The translations under genes were made by a program, and so were the position numbers. The notes below the pieces were generated by a model. The model did not search any database, was not told the origin of the DNA, and worked only from the letters and a program-made list of their open reading frames with translations. 38,405 nt of DNA, taken from NCBI RefSeq assembly GCF_963506605.1, contig NC_083288.1:42098001-42136405 (forward strand). Reading direction: 5' to 3'. Below, in pieces: positions 1 through 11,059 of this stretch; the first letter of the stretch is position 1, and each line of letters starts with the position of its first letter. The stretch is from Zootoca vivipara. Its lineage: Eukaryota.

Positions 1-223
1 AAAAGTTTTGACGTTTTGCTATTAGGAAGGCAAAACCTCAAGGGCAGCCAATTTCTCTATAGGCAAATTCCTTCCCTGCTCCGAATATGGCAACTGTTAG
101 CAACCATAGCAAGGTCAGCAGATAAAAGAAAAATGAAGTGGTTAAATGGAATGATGCTTAAGGAGAAAAGCAAGCATGACCTGAAAAGGAAAATACATTT
201 TACAAACAAATTTTACAAATAAA

Positions 224-245
224 ATTATTATTATTATTATTATTA

Positions 246-289
<44 letters not shown>
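224..289. repeat. (TTA)n microsatellite
   Basis: About 22 nearly perfect units. Confidence 0.95.
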
Positions 290-290
<1 letters not shown>

Positions 291-560
291 AACAAGCATG
301 ATCATTAATTGACCTGAATTGTGATTGGAAATAATAAGGGAGGGTGGGAGGGTATCACTCTTCACCCAGCCGGGCTGCGAGGGGTCCCTGGAGCTGCCCT
401 TTTAAGCCTCACTGCCAGGCCAGACAAGACAGCAGGCAATGGCCCCAGGCAGCAAGGCACTGCCCTCCAGGAGGCACCACTGAGTTGCCCAGTTATGGTG
501 CCTTTGGGGTTGGAAAGACCCCTCCCTTTTGAGATCCACTGGCCAAGGAGAATTCCCCTC

Positions 561-1100
561 TGTGGTGTTGGCCCTATTATGCTAGTTATGTCATCCCAAT
601 ATGAGAGTGAAAGAGTTAACTGTCTGCCCAATGAGAACCCAGTGGGCGGAGTCAGCTAGGTTATTTTAAAAAACCCACTGGGGGTTGGTTGGGAGAGAGG
701 GTAGAGAGAGAGGGAGAGTACTAAGAAGTGGAGTCTGTGGGTTGGTTTAGTCTGTGAGAGAGAAAGCAAGTCTGAGTCAGAGATAGTCAGGGTCTGAGAG
801 GATAGGATAAGAACCTAGACCAGTTTGGTTGGGAACTGGGTGGAGGTTGATTTGATTGTGAACTTGAGGGTATAGGAAGGTAAAGGCCAGTATAGGAACT
901 AAAGAGTATTGACAGAATACTACCTGAGAAACCATAAGCTTGTTAATGTGTGAGAAATAAACTGGAGCTTTGTGTTCACTTTCTAAACCCTGACTGGACT
1001 CAGTGATTACCAGGGAGTACCTGGTTGGTGGCAGCGAGTACTGTGGTGGCACAGGGATCAATAGACCGCTAAACATCCGGGGACCCTGGTGACCACCACA
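561..1100 (+). mobile_element. Solo LTR (540 bp; Gypsy- or ERV-type)
   Basis: Perfect 7-bp terminal inverted repeat TGTGGTG...CACCACA; 5-bp TSD CCCTC (556-560, 1101-1105); AATAAA at 956-961. Confidence 0.8.
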
Positions 1101-1272
1101 CCCTCCTAAGGCCAGCAAATGTGTGTGCCTAGGCCATAGGGAAAGGAGGCTGAGTGAGGGAACGCAACTGTCACCCCCTGGAAAAGTGGTGAGCAGCCAT
1201 TATACTCATGCCACATGGTTGATGTGAATCCAGGTCCACTCAGTCAAATTTCAAGATGCTGAAAACACAGTA

Positions 1273-1515
1273 CAGTGGTACCTCTACTTACGAATTCAAT
1301 GCGTTCCGAACACACATTTGTAAGTCGAAAAAAATTGTAAGTCGAATCCCATAGGAATGCATTGGGAGAAAAAAATTGTAAGTCGAAGCAACCCTATCTA
1401 AATATTCGTAAGTAGAAAAAATCCTATCTAAACCGCATCCAAGATGGCGGACAGAGCTCCATTCGTAAGTAGAAACATTCATAAGTAGAGTTATTCGTAA
1501 GTAGAGGTACCACTG
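1273..1515. mobile_element. Tc1/mariner (pogo/Tigger-like) MITE, 243 bp
   Basis: Perfect 23-bp TIR CAGTGGTACCTCTACTTACGAAT; TA TSD; absent at paralogous sites upstream of genes B (~13755) and C (~31700). Confidence 0.92.
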
Positions 1516-1820
1516 TACTATATTTTGGTGTCTCCATTGCTTAGAAGGTCTTCTATTATGAACTTCAAACTTCACCAATACACCATTGGCTCCTTATTAT
1601 CCACTGAAAGGAAATTAAACACAACTGTTCTGGATATGTGACAAACACATATTCTGCAGCAATTCCTCAGGGGTCCCCAAGCATTGAGTAAATAAGTAAA
1701 TTACAGCTTGGTTATTAACAGGGCTATAATTAAATCTGCTGCTCCTCAAAAACCCCTGTGGACTTTCAGTAGCCATGTGCAAAAGGAACACAAACGATAC
1801 AAAAATTAACCAGAATAATT

Positions 1821-1897
1821 GTGCGTGCACACAAAAGCTCACACCAGTGACAAACATAGTTGGTCTCTAAGGTGCTAAAGAATGATTTTTTAAAATT
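1821..1897 (+). mobile_element. Penelope-like element terminal fragment with decayed hammerhead half
   Basis: GTGCGTGCACACAAAAGCTCACACC...AGTTGGTCTCTAAGGTGCTA resembles 29906-29945; absent upstream of gene B (gaataatttaaataggg, ~14050). Confidence 0.7.
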
Positions 1898-2075
1898 TAA
1901 TTTAAATAGGGTCTGGAATACACAAGACTGATCTTACATACTCCCAGATGGCATCCTCTCAGGTAAATAAAGTGACATTCAAATGAGACAGATCTTATCT
2001 TGGAGAAGCTGATTATAATATTGACGGAGAAATCATGGATTACATGGAGAACAAACAGGTGCTTTTGTATTGAGA

Positions 2076-2293
2076 ATGGTGGTTTTAATGTTCTTGCTGC
2101 TGGAACTGATTTCTTACTATGTATGTGAGGCTCACATAGCAAAATGCAGGCTCCAAGATCCACACCGTCCACTTCACATGTATCATCAGCCAGGAGAGGT
2201 CATCATTGGTGGCATTGTTTCCCATGGTTACTTCCTCTCCTCTCCAGCAACATTTACTGAGGAACCCCCACCAGTGCTGCCTGAAGAGCTTTT
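2076..2293 (+). CDS. V2R gene A exon 1 (signal peptide, N-terminus)
   Basis: ATG 2076, [11 protein letters not shown]...QPGEVIIGG; donor GTAAGA at 2294. Confidence 0.88.
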
Positions 2294-5200
2294 GTAAGAA
2301 CGAAGTCACTCATTTATAAGAGAGGAGGAATGATCAAACCTAGAGTTGCAAACTTATTCTAATTTACCTGGGGGAAACCACTTTAGAGTTGAATGGGAAT
2401 TACGCTGGTGCAAAAATTTTCAGGAATCTCTTGATAATTAAGACAATACAGGATAAATTCCCATTTCTAGATAGGGAAATGAATATACAGGTAAATGTAT
2501 TGAATTGAATGTATATTTGGGTGTCTGGGAGAGCCCTTTTGAACAGCCCATTTTGAAAGACTTTATTTGAACTACTAGAGTGTTAGTAAGAAGGAATTTT
2601 TAAAAACCTGTTCTGAAGCTTAAGTTTCTTATGGTTTCATTTTTTGATCTTAGGGTAAGGTTTGTTTTAGTACTGAAAGGTACTTACTATGAAGTATAGA
2701 ATTCAGTGAATTCCATTGACCATCACTGCCTCATGAAAGCAAAGTCATTGCAGGGAGAGACGAGAGAGACCAGAAACTTTGAAAGAGTCAGGAAAAGACG
2801 TTAGGCATGTAAGGGAAAACTTCCCATTACCCCACATTAGCAACCTCTGCTCTAGATATTATTAATCTTAAAAGTTTGGAAAACTGGGGGAAAGTAACAA
2901 CATGAATTCCAATAGGGACAAATGCACAAATCTAAGATGAGGGGCACTTGGCTTGCCATTAGTACATGTGGAAAGGTTCAGGGATCTGCATCAACAGAAG
3001 TATAGTGTCCTGATCAAAGGAAGTAATAGCCTTGCTCTATTCTGCGTTGGTCACATGGAGTATTGGGTCCAATTCTGATCACCACAATTCAAGAAGGATA
3101 TTGGCAAGCTGGACCATATGCAGAGGAGGACAACAAAGATGTTCTGCATACCAAGCCTTATGCAGAATGGTTGAGGGAGTTTGGTATGTTTAGCTATGAT
3201 GAGACTGAGGGGAGGTATGATAGCCAGTTTCAAATATCTCAAGGGCTGTCTCCAGGAAGATGAAGGATGCTTGTTTTCTCTTCCTCCAAATCAGGGTATT
3301 CAAGTTACAAGAAAGGAGATTTCAACTAAATATCAAGAAGTTGTTTCTATTCACAAGGGCTGTTCAACAGTAGAACAGACTGAAAGTTAACCCTACTGAA
3401 CTCAATATGATTAACTACTGTGTTGATATGTAAATGGATATATCAGTTCCTTCTGATACTGTTTACAACTCTCATTCTAGGGTGGTGCCTAAGGGTTACC
3501 AGCCCATCGTGACCTTGGCATTTGCAGTCAAGGAGATCAACGAAGACCCTCACATCTTACCCAATATCACCTTGGGCTTTCACTTATATGACAGCTATAC
3601 CCATGCAAAGAGCACATACCTTGCCACACTGCTACTTTTATCGATGGTGGAGAAATTTGTTCCCAACTATATATGTGATGTTGAAAATAATCTGGCTGGG
3701 GTCATTGGGGGACTGGATTCTGAAGTCTCCTTTTATGTGGCTACTGTTTTGGATATCTATAAGATTCCACAGGTAGGACACCTATGTACAATACTTCTAT
3801 TAGTTTGCATAGAGGAAGAGGCAGGATCCTCAGCATCATTTCAGGGTGAAGATGAAATTGGAAGGAGAACCATGTACACCACCTTGAGACCCTTAGAAAA
3901 TAAAGGTGGTACATAATTACAATATAAACAAAATAAACCTGAATAAGCGGAAAGGGTGCTATACCAGAAAAAATACACGTCACTCCCTCCTATATTACAA
4001 ACAAATGTAGAACACTGATATACCAAAGACCACTGATTGGATACCTCACCAGCTGTTTTTAGTTATGTAGCAATTTCTGCTTAGTGAGGAAGGTTTCCGA
4101 ATTGAGTTGCTGGGCAAAATGGGAAATTGCTTTAAATTCTGACATAGTCAGATAAGATCCTGCCAAATTTTGCAATAACATAAAATTCAATTGCTTCTTT
4201 TTAAATAATAATAAGAAGAAGAACAATTTATTATTTCTACCCCGCCAATCTGTCTGTGTTTTCCCCAGCCACTCTGGGTAGCTTACAACAAAATATTAAA
4301 ATACAATAGTCCGTCAAACATCAAAAGCTTCCCTAAAGAGTAAAATAGACACAATGACAATGCCCTGCTCTAGTCATCAAAGTGTTCGCAATATTTATAA
4401 ATAAAATAAAACAGACACAGTGTCCCTCTCCAGTCATCAAATCAAAGGTTTAAAAACCACAAATGGGAGATGATCCCAGTTTTCATCCCATCTGCATGTG
4501 TGTCTTTTGTATATCTGAGAATGAAGCACACAAATCCCGAAACATTGGCAAAGGGCATATTTGAAAGAGCTCTACTTTGTCTCTTTCCCCCCTCTATTTT
4601 CTTTTTAGCTCATTTATGGCTCGCCTCCAGTGATGAATGAGAAAAGCCCAGGGCTTCCCTTCTACCAGATGGCAGCCCCAGAAGCTCTTCAGTATGAGGG
4701 AATTCTCTCTTTGCTTCTACATTTCAGGTGGATGTGGATTGGAGTCATTGTAACAGACAATGATAATGGAGAAAGATTTGTGCAAACTATTTCCCCAATC
4801 TTTATGGAAAGTGGTGTCTGCTTTGCATTCATAGAAAGAATCCTCGATTTCACTTTTATTTCTGAAACGTATGGCATGCTAGAAAAGGCAGCCAATATAA
4901 AAGATATAATTTTTAGCAGCAAAGCTAATGCAGTGGTGACATCTGGAGAGTCTTATTCCATGGCAAATTATAGATGGCTTCCATACCTATCAAAACATGA
5001 TGAATTGACCAACAATGTAAAAAGTAAAGTATGGATAATAACATCCCAGGTTGATTTCACTTCATTTGTCTTTCAAAGGAACTGGGATTCAGAAATATTC
5101 CATGGCGCTATAGCCTTTGAAATTCACTTCAGAAACCTACCAGGATTTCATCAGTATGTTGTGCACAGAAACCCTTCCACCACAGAAGGGGACGGTTTTA

Positions 5201-8200
5201 TCAGGGACTTCTGGCAACAGGCCTTTGGATGTGTATTCCCAGATATCACTTCAGACAAGGTGGAAGGAAATATTTGCACAGGAGAAGAGAAGCTGGAGAA
5301 CCTTCCTGGATCATTTTTTGAAATGAGCATGACAGGCCACAGTTATAGCATCCACAGTGCTGTGTACGCCATGGCCCATGCTTTACATGCTATGTCCACA
5401 TCCAGACTCAGGCATAGAGGAATGGTGTACGGAGGGAGAGGGAAGAATCCGAATCCACAGTTTTGGCAGGTAAAGGTTGTATATCCTCAACAGAGAAAAA
5501 TCTGTTGCGTCCTCATAATCAGAGTTGTGCCCAACATTGGGGGGGAGGTGAGTCAAAGACGTAACAGTTGACCTATCTCCCCCCGCCCCCCCACAACGTC
5601 CTACCTTAATGAAAGGGATGCACTAGTGCGAAGATGCTTCATTCTGGGTAGTTGGGGAGGTGCATTTGTGATCAAAGCGCATGCCTGGGTAGAGCTAGGC
5701 TTGGCACGATTCTTGCCACTGGCCCCTCCTGCCCCAGAGCCCCTAGGAGTCTGGCCCTTCCTGCGTTTCTTCTGCAGGTGGCCTTTCCCACACTTCCAGC
5801 AATTTCACTGCATTTTGTGATTAGTGCAAATGACACGGTCTGTCTGAGAGCAAGCGTGAGAATCAGATATAGTCCTATCTCTATGTATTATGTGATGTAC
5901 TTTCACTTTTGCCTGTTCTCTCTCGGAGCTGGATGAGAGAGAGCACCATGATTCCTTGTCTGTGTAATATAGTGTAAATAAACATGTCACTGGAGCATGC
6001 TGGAGAAGAAGGGAATGCCTTTTACAGAGCTATGCTCGCCGGACGACGCTTGGAGAAACCCGGGAGGGGATGGTGGTTGCTGATAGCCCAGAAAACTCTC
6101 TCTACAGTCTTCCCTCTGGCACATCCTTTTGATGGTTTGATATTGGAAATGTTATATGGCACTGGGCACCCACCCCCCATTCTGCTGAATATGCATGGGT
6201 TCACAAAATACTGTCACCTTAGTCTTTCCTCTCAGAGTTCAAACATTTGGGCAGAGTCCAGAAATGAATCTCTAATTCTGCTGACAGAGGAGAAGGCACT
6301 GATTTGGTGTTATGCCAGATGATTAGCCACATATTGTGCTGCTTGCAAATCTGGACTATGTTATGGCAATATACCCCAAGAGGAAAGGGAAATGATGGTC
6401 GTGGACATTGCCCTGTATTTGAGGAGAAAGCATTTGTAGGAGTAATTTTTTGCAGCCCAATGAGATGCCACTGCATTCACAAATAGGAAGCAGTGGTCAT
6501 AGTCAATAGAGAGGTTTAGCATTCTCTCTAGGGCCATATCCACCAAATCCTTCCTCAGAGCAGGTGGCTGCACAACATGGAGTCTCATGGAGAGGGAGAA
6601 AGGAAAAGATGGAAAAGGGAGTGTGGGGAAGAAGAGCTGTAAGAAAGAGTGTGTGAGAGAGGCAGGTTTGTGAAAGAAAATGGGTTGGCTTTCTCCATGC
6701 TTGGACCTGACTCCACTCAGTTGCCTAAATCACCACCCACCTTTTGCTGCATTCTCTGCACACGGGAAAAATGTTGCTCAGCCTTGTATTAGACTGTAGC
6801 CTTTTCTAAACACCTGTCTTTTCTGTTTTCAATCTAGCTCCATCACTTTCTGAGAAGTATCTCATTTAACAATACTGCAGGAGATGTGGTCTTCATCAAC
6901 CAGAATGGAGAGGCAGCATCTAGCTTGGATATTGTCAATTGGATTATATTCACCAACCAAAGTTTGTACAGAGTGAGAGTTGGGAGGATAGATCCACAAG
7001 CTCCTCCAGACCAAAAATTAACCCTTGATGAAGATGCCATAACATGGCACAGTTGGTTTAATCAGGTAGAGTTACATTGTTATCTAATTCCGAAGAGATT
7101 CAATATAGCTTAGGCAACAATAATCCACCTGCCTGTCTAATCACTGGCTTTTGAACTGCAAGTTACTGATTAGAGGATGGCCAAAGCAGGTTCACCAACT
7201 TGAATCAAATATTGAGGGGGCAGGTAAGCCCCACCACTGCTTCTATCAGGGCCGTCTTAAGCATATCGGGCGCCCTGGTGCCGTGGTGCGACGATCCCAC
7301 CGGCGGCCCCCCCGCCCTGTTTCACAGTGGGGGGGCTGGCGGGCGCCGCACACCACGCGGCACCCCACACCACCCAGCCTTGCCCTAGGGCCAGCCCTGG
7401 CTTCTATGTACTTTATGCCTCTAGCGTGTCTGCCCCCTCTTCCTTCCCTATGTGCCCCATGTGGGATCCAGAAACACTCTGGAGAAAAGCTTTGATCAGG
7501 GCCATCTTAGGCGCCCCTGGCGCCGTGGTGTGACAGATCACTCCGGCGCCACCCCCCCCGCCCCATTTTGCTGCACGGCGGGCGGGCAAGCACAGCGCGG
7601 GTGCCATGGGCGCAGCTCTTTATAAATATTAAATACTGATTTTGACCTGAGTGGATAACGATGTATGAATGGATAAGCCTCATGAATTGCCTTTCTTGCG
7701 AGAAAAGTGGAGAAATGAAGTGGTTGGGGAAAGGAGGAAAAAAGTGAAAACAGACAGCAGCAGATGCAGGAGACCACTAGTCTTCTATGTGGGCCAGTGG
7801 AAGAGGTGGAAGCAGAAGAAGTGGTCGAGATAGAGAACGTGAAGGAAAGGAGGCTGAGAGGATAGGTGTGAAGAGCAAGAGACAGAGCATTAGGAATAGA
7901 TGCATCAGTCTTCAAAAAAGAGTTATCTCAAAATATGTATTCCAAAGTATATTTCCCCCTTAAAATTATCAGTGTCTCAAATCTCTTGGATAGCTTCATT
8001 CCAATTCATGTATTTGTCCAGATTTTTTTTTTTTTGTATGAAAACTCATAAAGAACTTATTCCTCAAAAATCCCTTATTTGGAACTTTAAGAAACTCTTC
8101 CCCAGACGACATCTGATGGGCCCAAGAATAGGTGTAGCTACCAGCACCAAATCAGTTCTAGAGTTGTCTACCTACTGGACAACATACTAAGAAGTAACAA

Positions 8201-9308
8201 TTATAACAAAATTAACAGGGACACTAGAGAAACTTCAAAGTGTGCCTGCACATACCAGAGCAATAGAGGAGATATCACATCACTTCAAACATTACTACTA
8301 CTAAAAAGAAAAGTAGCAATTGCTCTTGGTAGAGGCATTCCGTATCAGTTTAGAAACATAGAGTGGAGCCAAAGAACCTGAAACATTCTGAACTCATTAT
8401 TCTCTCAAAATATGTATTCCAAAGTATATTTTCCCCTTAACATGCTCAGCTTCAAATATCTTGGATAGCTTCATTCCAATTCATGTATTTGTCCAGAATT
8501 TTTATTATATATTTGTATGAGAACTCATGAAGAACACATTCTTCAAAAATCCCTTATTTGGAACTATAAGGAACTCTTCTCCAGAAAGCATCTGATGGGC
8601 CCAAGAATAGGTGTAGCCACCAACACCAAATCAATTCTAGGGATGTCTACCTAGTGGACAACATACTAAGAAGTAACAATTATAACAAGATTACAAGATT
8701 AACAGGGACACTAGAGTAACTTCAAAGTGTGCCTGCACATCCCAGAACAATAGAGGAGATATCACATCATGTCAAACATTACTACTACTATAAAGAAAAG
8801 TAGCAATTGTTCTTGGTATAGGCATTCTGTGTCATTTTAGAAACATAGAGTGGAGCCTAAGAACCCGAAATATTCTGAACTCATTAGTGTCTTGATGATT
8901 CTTCTGCTCTTCCATTTATGGATAACCATTCTACAAATTGCTGAAATGCTGACCCAGCATATTAATATAGAGAGGGGCCCAGGAACATGAAGATTTCCAA
9001 ACTCATTGTCCTCTTGCTGATCCTTCTGCTCTTTCATTTACGGAATAGACTCGGCCTCTTTCTGTCTGTACTGAGAGATGTCTTCCAGGATCCAGCAAGA
9101 AAGTGAAGGAGGGACAGCCACCTTGCTGCTACGATTGCATCCCATGTCCAGAGGGGAAGATTGCAAACCAGGATGGTAAGGAACAGGATTCGATTAAATG
9201 GATCCATTGATTGAAAGATGTAAGGATGGCTGAGGTTAAGTTTCAGAAAAAGAGATAAGCTATTGTGTGTGTGTCCCTGCCTCTTGCTGGTCATTGTCCT
9301 TTAGATAT

Positions 9309-9343
<35 letters not shown>

Positions 9344-10886
9344 ATAATAATAATTCATATGCTTCCCATCTGACTGACTTTCCCCAACTAATCTGAGAAG
9401 CTTTGAATAAATTAAAACATCAACGACAGTATAACTTCACAGTATAGCTTCGCTATATAGGGCTGCCTTCAGGGGTCTTCTAAAAATCAGGTTGTTGTTT
9501 ATTTCCTTGACATCTGATGGGGGTACATTCCCCAACCAAGAAAGCCCTGTGGCTAGTTCCCTGTAACCTCACTTCTCGCAATGGGAGAACTGACAAAAGG
9601 CCCTCAGAGCTTGCTCTCAGTGTACAATGGGGGTATACAGTGTCAATATTTAGAGAATAAGTTGGAATATGTTAATCAAATAAGAATAACCATGCATTGA
9701 GAAAAGCCAGGTGGCATATGGTTCAAATAACATCCAGAGGGGCCCTTGTCACGCCTTCTGACTTACAAAAGCTGCACTAAAGCTAGTGCAATGATACATG
9801 CAAATATCATGAGGAGGTATGGCCCAAGCTGTGTCAATTATAGGACCACATCGCTCTCAACGACATGAGAGAGTACTGCACATACATTTTATTTGAGCTG
9901 AGCTCTTTTCTTCTCAGACAGAAAATAAACCTTTCACAAAGCTGGTGTGAAAGGAACTAAGGTCCAAATCGTTATTTTTTCCAGATATGAATGACTGTAA
10001 GAAATGCCCAGACAAACACTATCCAAGCAAGAACCGGGATGCATGTCTACCCAAGGATATCAGCTTCTTGTCTTATGAAGAACCATTGGGCATCAGTTTA
10101 GCCTGTTTCTCTCTTTCCCTTTCCTTGATCACAGCTCTGGTACTTGGTATATTTATAAAACATCACGATACACCCATTGTCATTGCAAACAACCGAAACC
10201 TCACCTACGCTCTCCTCATCTCTCTTCTGCTCTGCTTCCTTTGTGCATTGCTCTTCATTGGCCAACCAGAGAAGGTGACCTGCCTCCTCCGACAAACAGC
10301 TTTTGGTATCATCTTCTCAACTGCTGTTTCTTGTGTCCTGGCAAAAACTTTAACTGTGGTTTTGGCCTTCATGGCTACAAAACCAGAATCCAGGATGAGG
10401 AAATGGGTGGGGAAAGGACTAGGCCACTCCATTCTCCTTTCCTGCTCCATAGTTCAAGCAGGGATATGTACTGTGTGGCTGGCCACCTCTCCCCCATACC
10501 CAGATGTAGACATGCACTCAGTGACAGAAGAAATTATACTAGAATGTAATGAGGGGTCTGTGGCCATGTTTTACTGTGTCCTCATCTACATGAGCTGCCT
10601 GGCAACTGTAAGTTTTGCTGTGGCTTTTCTCGCTAGGAAGCTTCCAGACAGTTTCAACGAAGCCAAGTTCATCACCTTCAGCATGTTGGTTTTCTGCAGT
10701 GTTTGGCTATCCTTTATTCCTTCCTACCTGAGCACCAAGGGAAAATATATGGTAGCTGTGGAGATCTTCTCCATCTTAGCTTCCGGTGTTGGGCTGCTGG
10801 TTTGCATCTTTTCCCCCAAATGTTATATAATCCTTCTGAGGCCTGAGCTGAACAATAGGGAACAGCTAATAAGGAAGAAAAATTAA
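2076..10886 (+). CDS. V2R gene A, vomeronasal type-2 receptor (class C GPCR), complete, 6 exons, 875 aa
   Basis: join(2076..2293,3481..3772,4609..5469,6838..7065,9049..9175,9985..10886). All junctions are GT-AG with compatible phases and total 2628 nt. Signal peptide, Venus-flytrap motifs ([29 protein letters not shown]), Cys-rich domain (CCYDCIPC) and 7TM ([22 protein letters not shown]). Confidence 0.95.
2875..3380 (+). mobile_element. Old CR1 LINE 3' fragment in intron 1 of gene A
   Basis: Degenerate CR1 ORF2 C-terminus ([24 protein letters not shown]), homologous to 30327-30863; ends approximate. Confidence 0.85.
3481..3772 (+). CDS. V2R gene A exon 2
   Basis: ctcattctAG acceptor; [20 protein letters not shown]...YKIPQ; donor GTAGGA. 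Confidence 0.93.
4203..4340 (-). mobile_element. L2-type LINE 3' end fragment
   Basis: TTTATTATTTCTACCCCGCCAATCTG...TTCCCCAGCCACTCTGGG, also seen at ~9345 and ~30890; L2 assignment is from recall of squamate L2 tails. Confidence 0.55.
4609..5469 (+). CDS. V2R gene A exon 3
   Basis: ctttttAG acceptor; [12 protein letters not shown]...PQFWQ; donor GTAAAG. Confidence 0.93.
6838..7065 (+). CDS. V2R gene A exon 4
   Basis: [16 protein letters not shown]...WHSWFNQ; AG/GT bounded. Confidence 0.92.
7247..7399 (+). mobile_element. hAT-type non-autonomous element (CAGGGC termini), 153 bp
   Basis: CAGGGCCG...CCAGCCCTG termini; 8-bp TSD GCTTCTAT (7239-7246, 7400-7407). Confidence 0.88.
7497..7619 (+). 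mobile_element. Truncated relative of the same hAT family
   Basis: Starts CAGGGCCATCTTAGGCGCCCCTGGCGCC; GC-rich; no right TIR or TSD. Confidence 0.65.
7926..8886. repeat. Intronic tandem duplication, 2 x ~480 bp
   Basis: Units start TCTCAAAATATGTATTCCAAAG at 7926 and 8403 and both end TTCTGAACTCATTA. Confidence 0.9.
9049..9175 (+). CDS. V2R gene A exon 5 (cysteine-rich domain)
   Basis: [42 protein letters not shown]; donor GTAAGG; too short for the ORF track. Confidence 0.92.
9340..9625 (-). mobile_element. Degenerate L2-type LINE 3' fragment, next to a (GTA)n/(TAA)n microsatellite
   Basis: GGGCTGCCTTCAG...ATTTCCTTGACATCTGATGGG...CCCTGTAACCTCACTTCTCGC; absent from intron 5 of genes B and C. 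Confidence 0.6.
9985..10886 (+). CDS. V2R gene A exon 6 (7TM domain)
   Basis: ttttttccAG acceptor; 299-aa ORF with class C 7TM motifs; TAA at 10884-10886. Confidence 0.95.
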
Positions 10887-11059
10887 AGAAATAATACCCT
10901 GCCCTTTGCTGTATTTTTGGTTTTTCTCTGTGTGTACAGTGGAATATTTTGAAATGCATGTTCAGTTGCTGCCTTATATAAATCTTTCTATGCTCCAAAT
11001 TTCCATTACTGAAAATTCATTTATAAAATCCACTCATTTCCTTTGAAGAAAACCATCAT

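Noticed and set aside
320-1100. Longer LTR starting at TGTGA (320)
   Set aside because: No TSD at that boundary, whereas 561-1100 has both a perfect terminal repeat and a 5-bp TSD.
1310-1515. Short spaced repeats resembling a CRISPR array
   Set aside because: Irregular spacing, inside a TIR/TA-bounded MITE in vertebrate DNA.
3063-3390. ORFs in intron 1 recurring in all three genes
   Set aside because: Remnants of CR1 ORF2, not extra V2R exons. Exon 1 and exon 2 phases already join correctly.
3773-3916. Exon-2 frame stays open about 47 codons into intron 2 in all three genes (…RPLENKGGT), suggesting a secreted short isoform
   Set aside because: The copies are recent duplicates, so a shared open frame is not independent evidence. 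The segment looks like a decayed SINE tail and the donor site is canonical.
10098-10998. Antisense and alternative-frame ORFs over the 7TM exon, repeated at 20672-21569
   Set aside because: Shadow ORFs of the coding exon, repeated only because the gene is duplicated.
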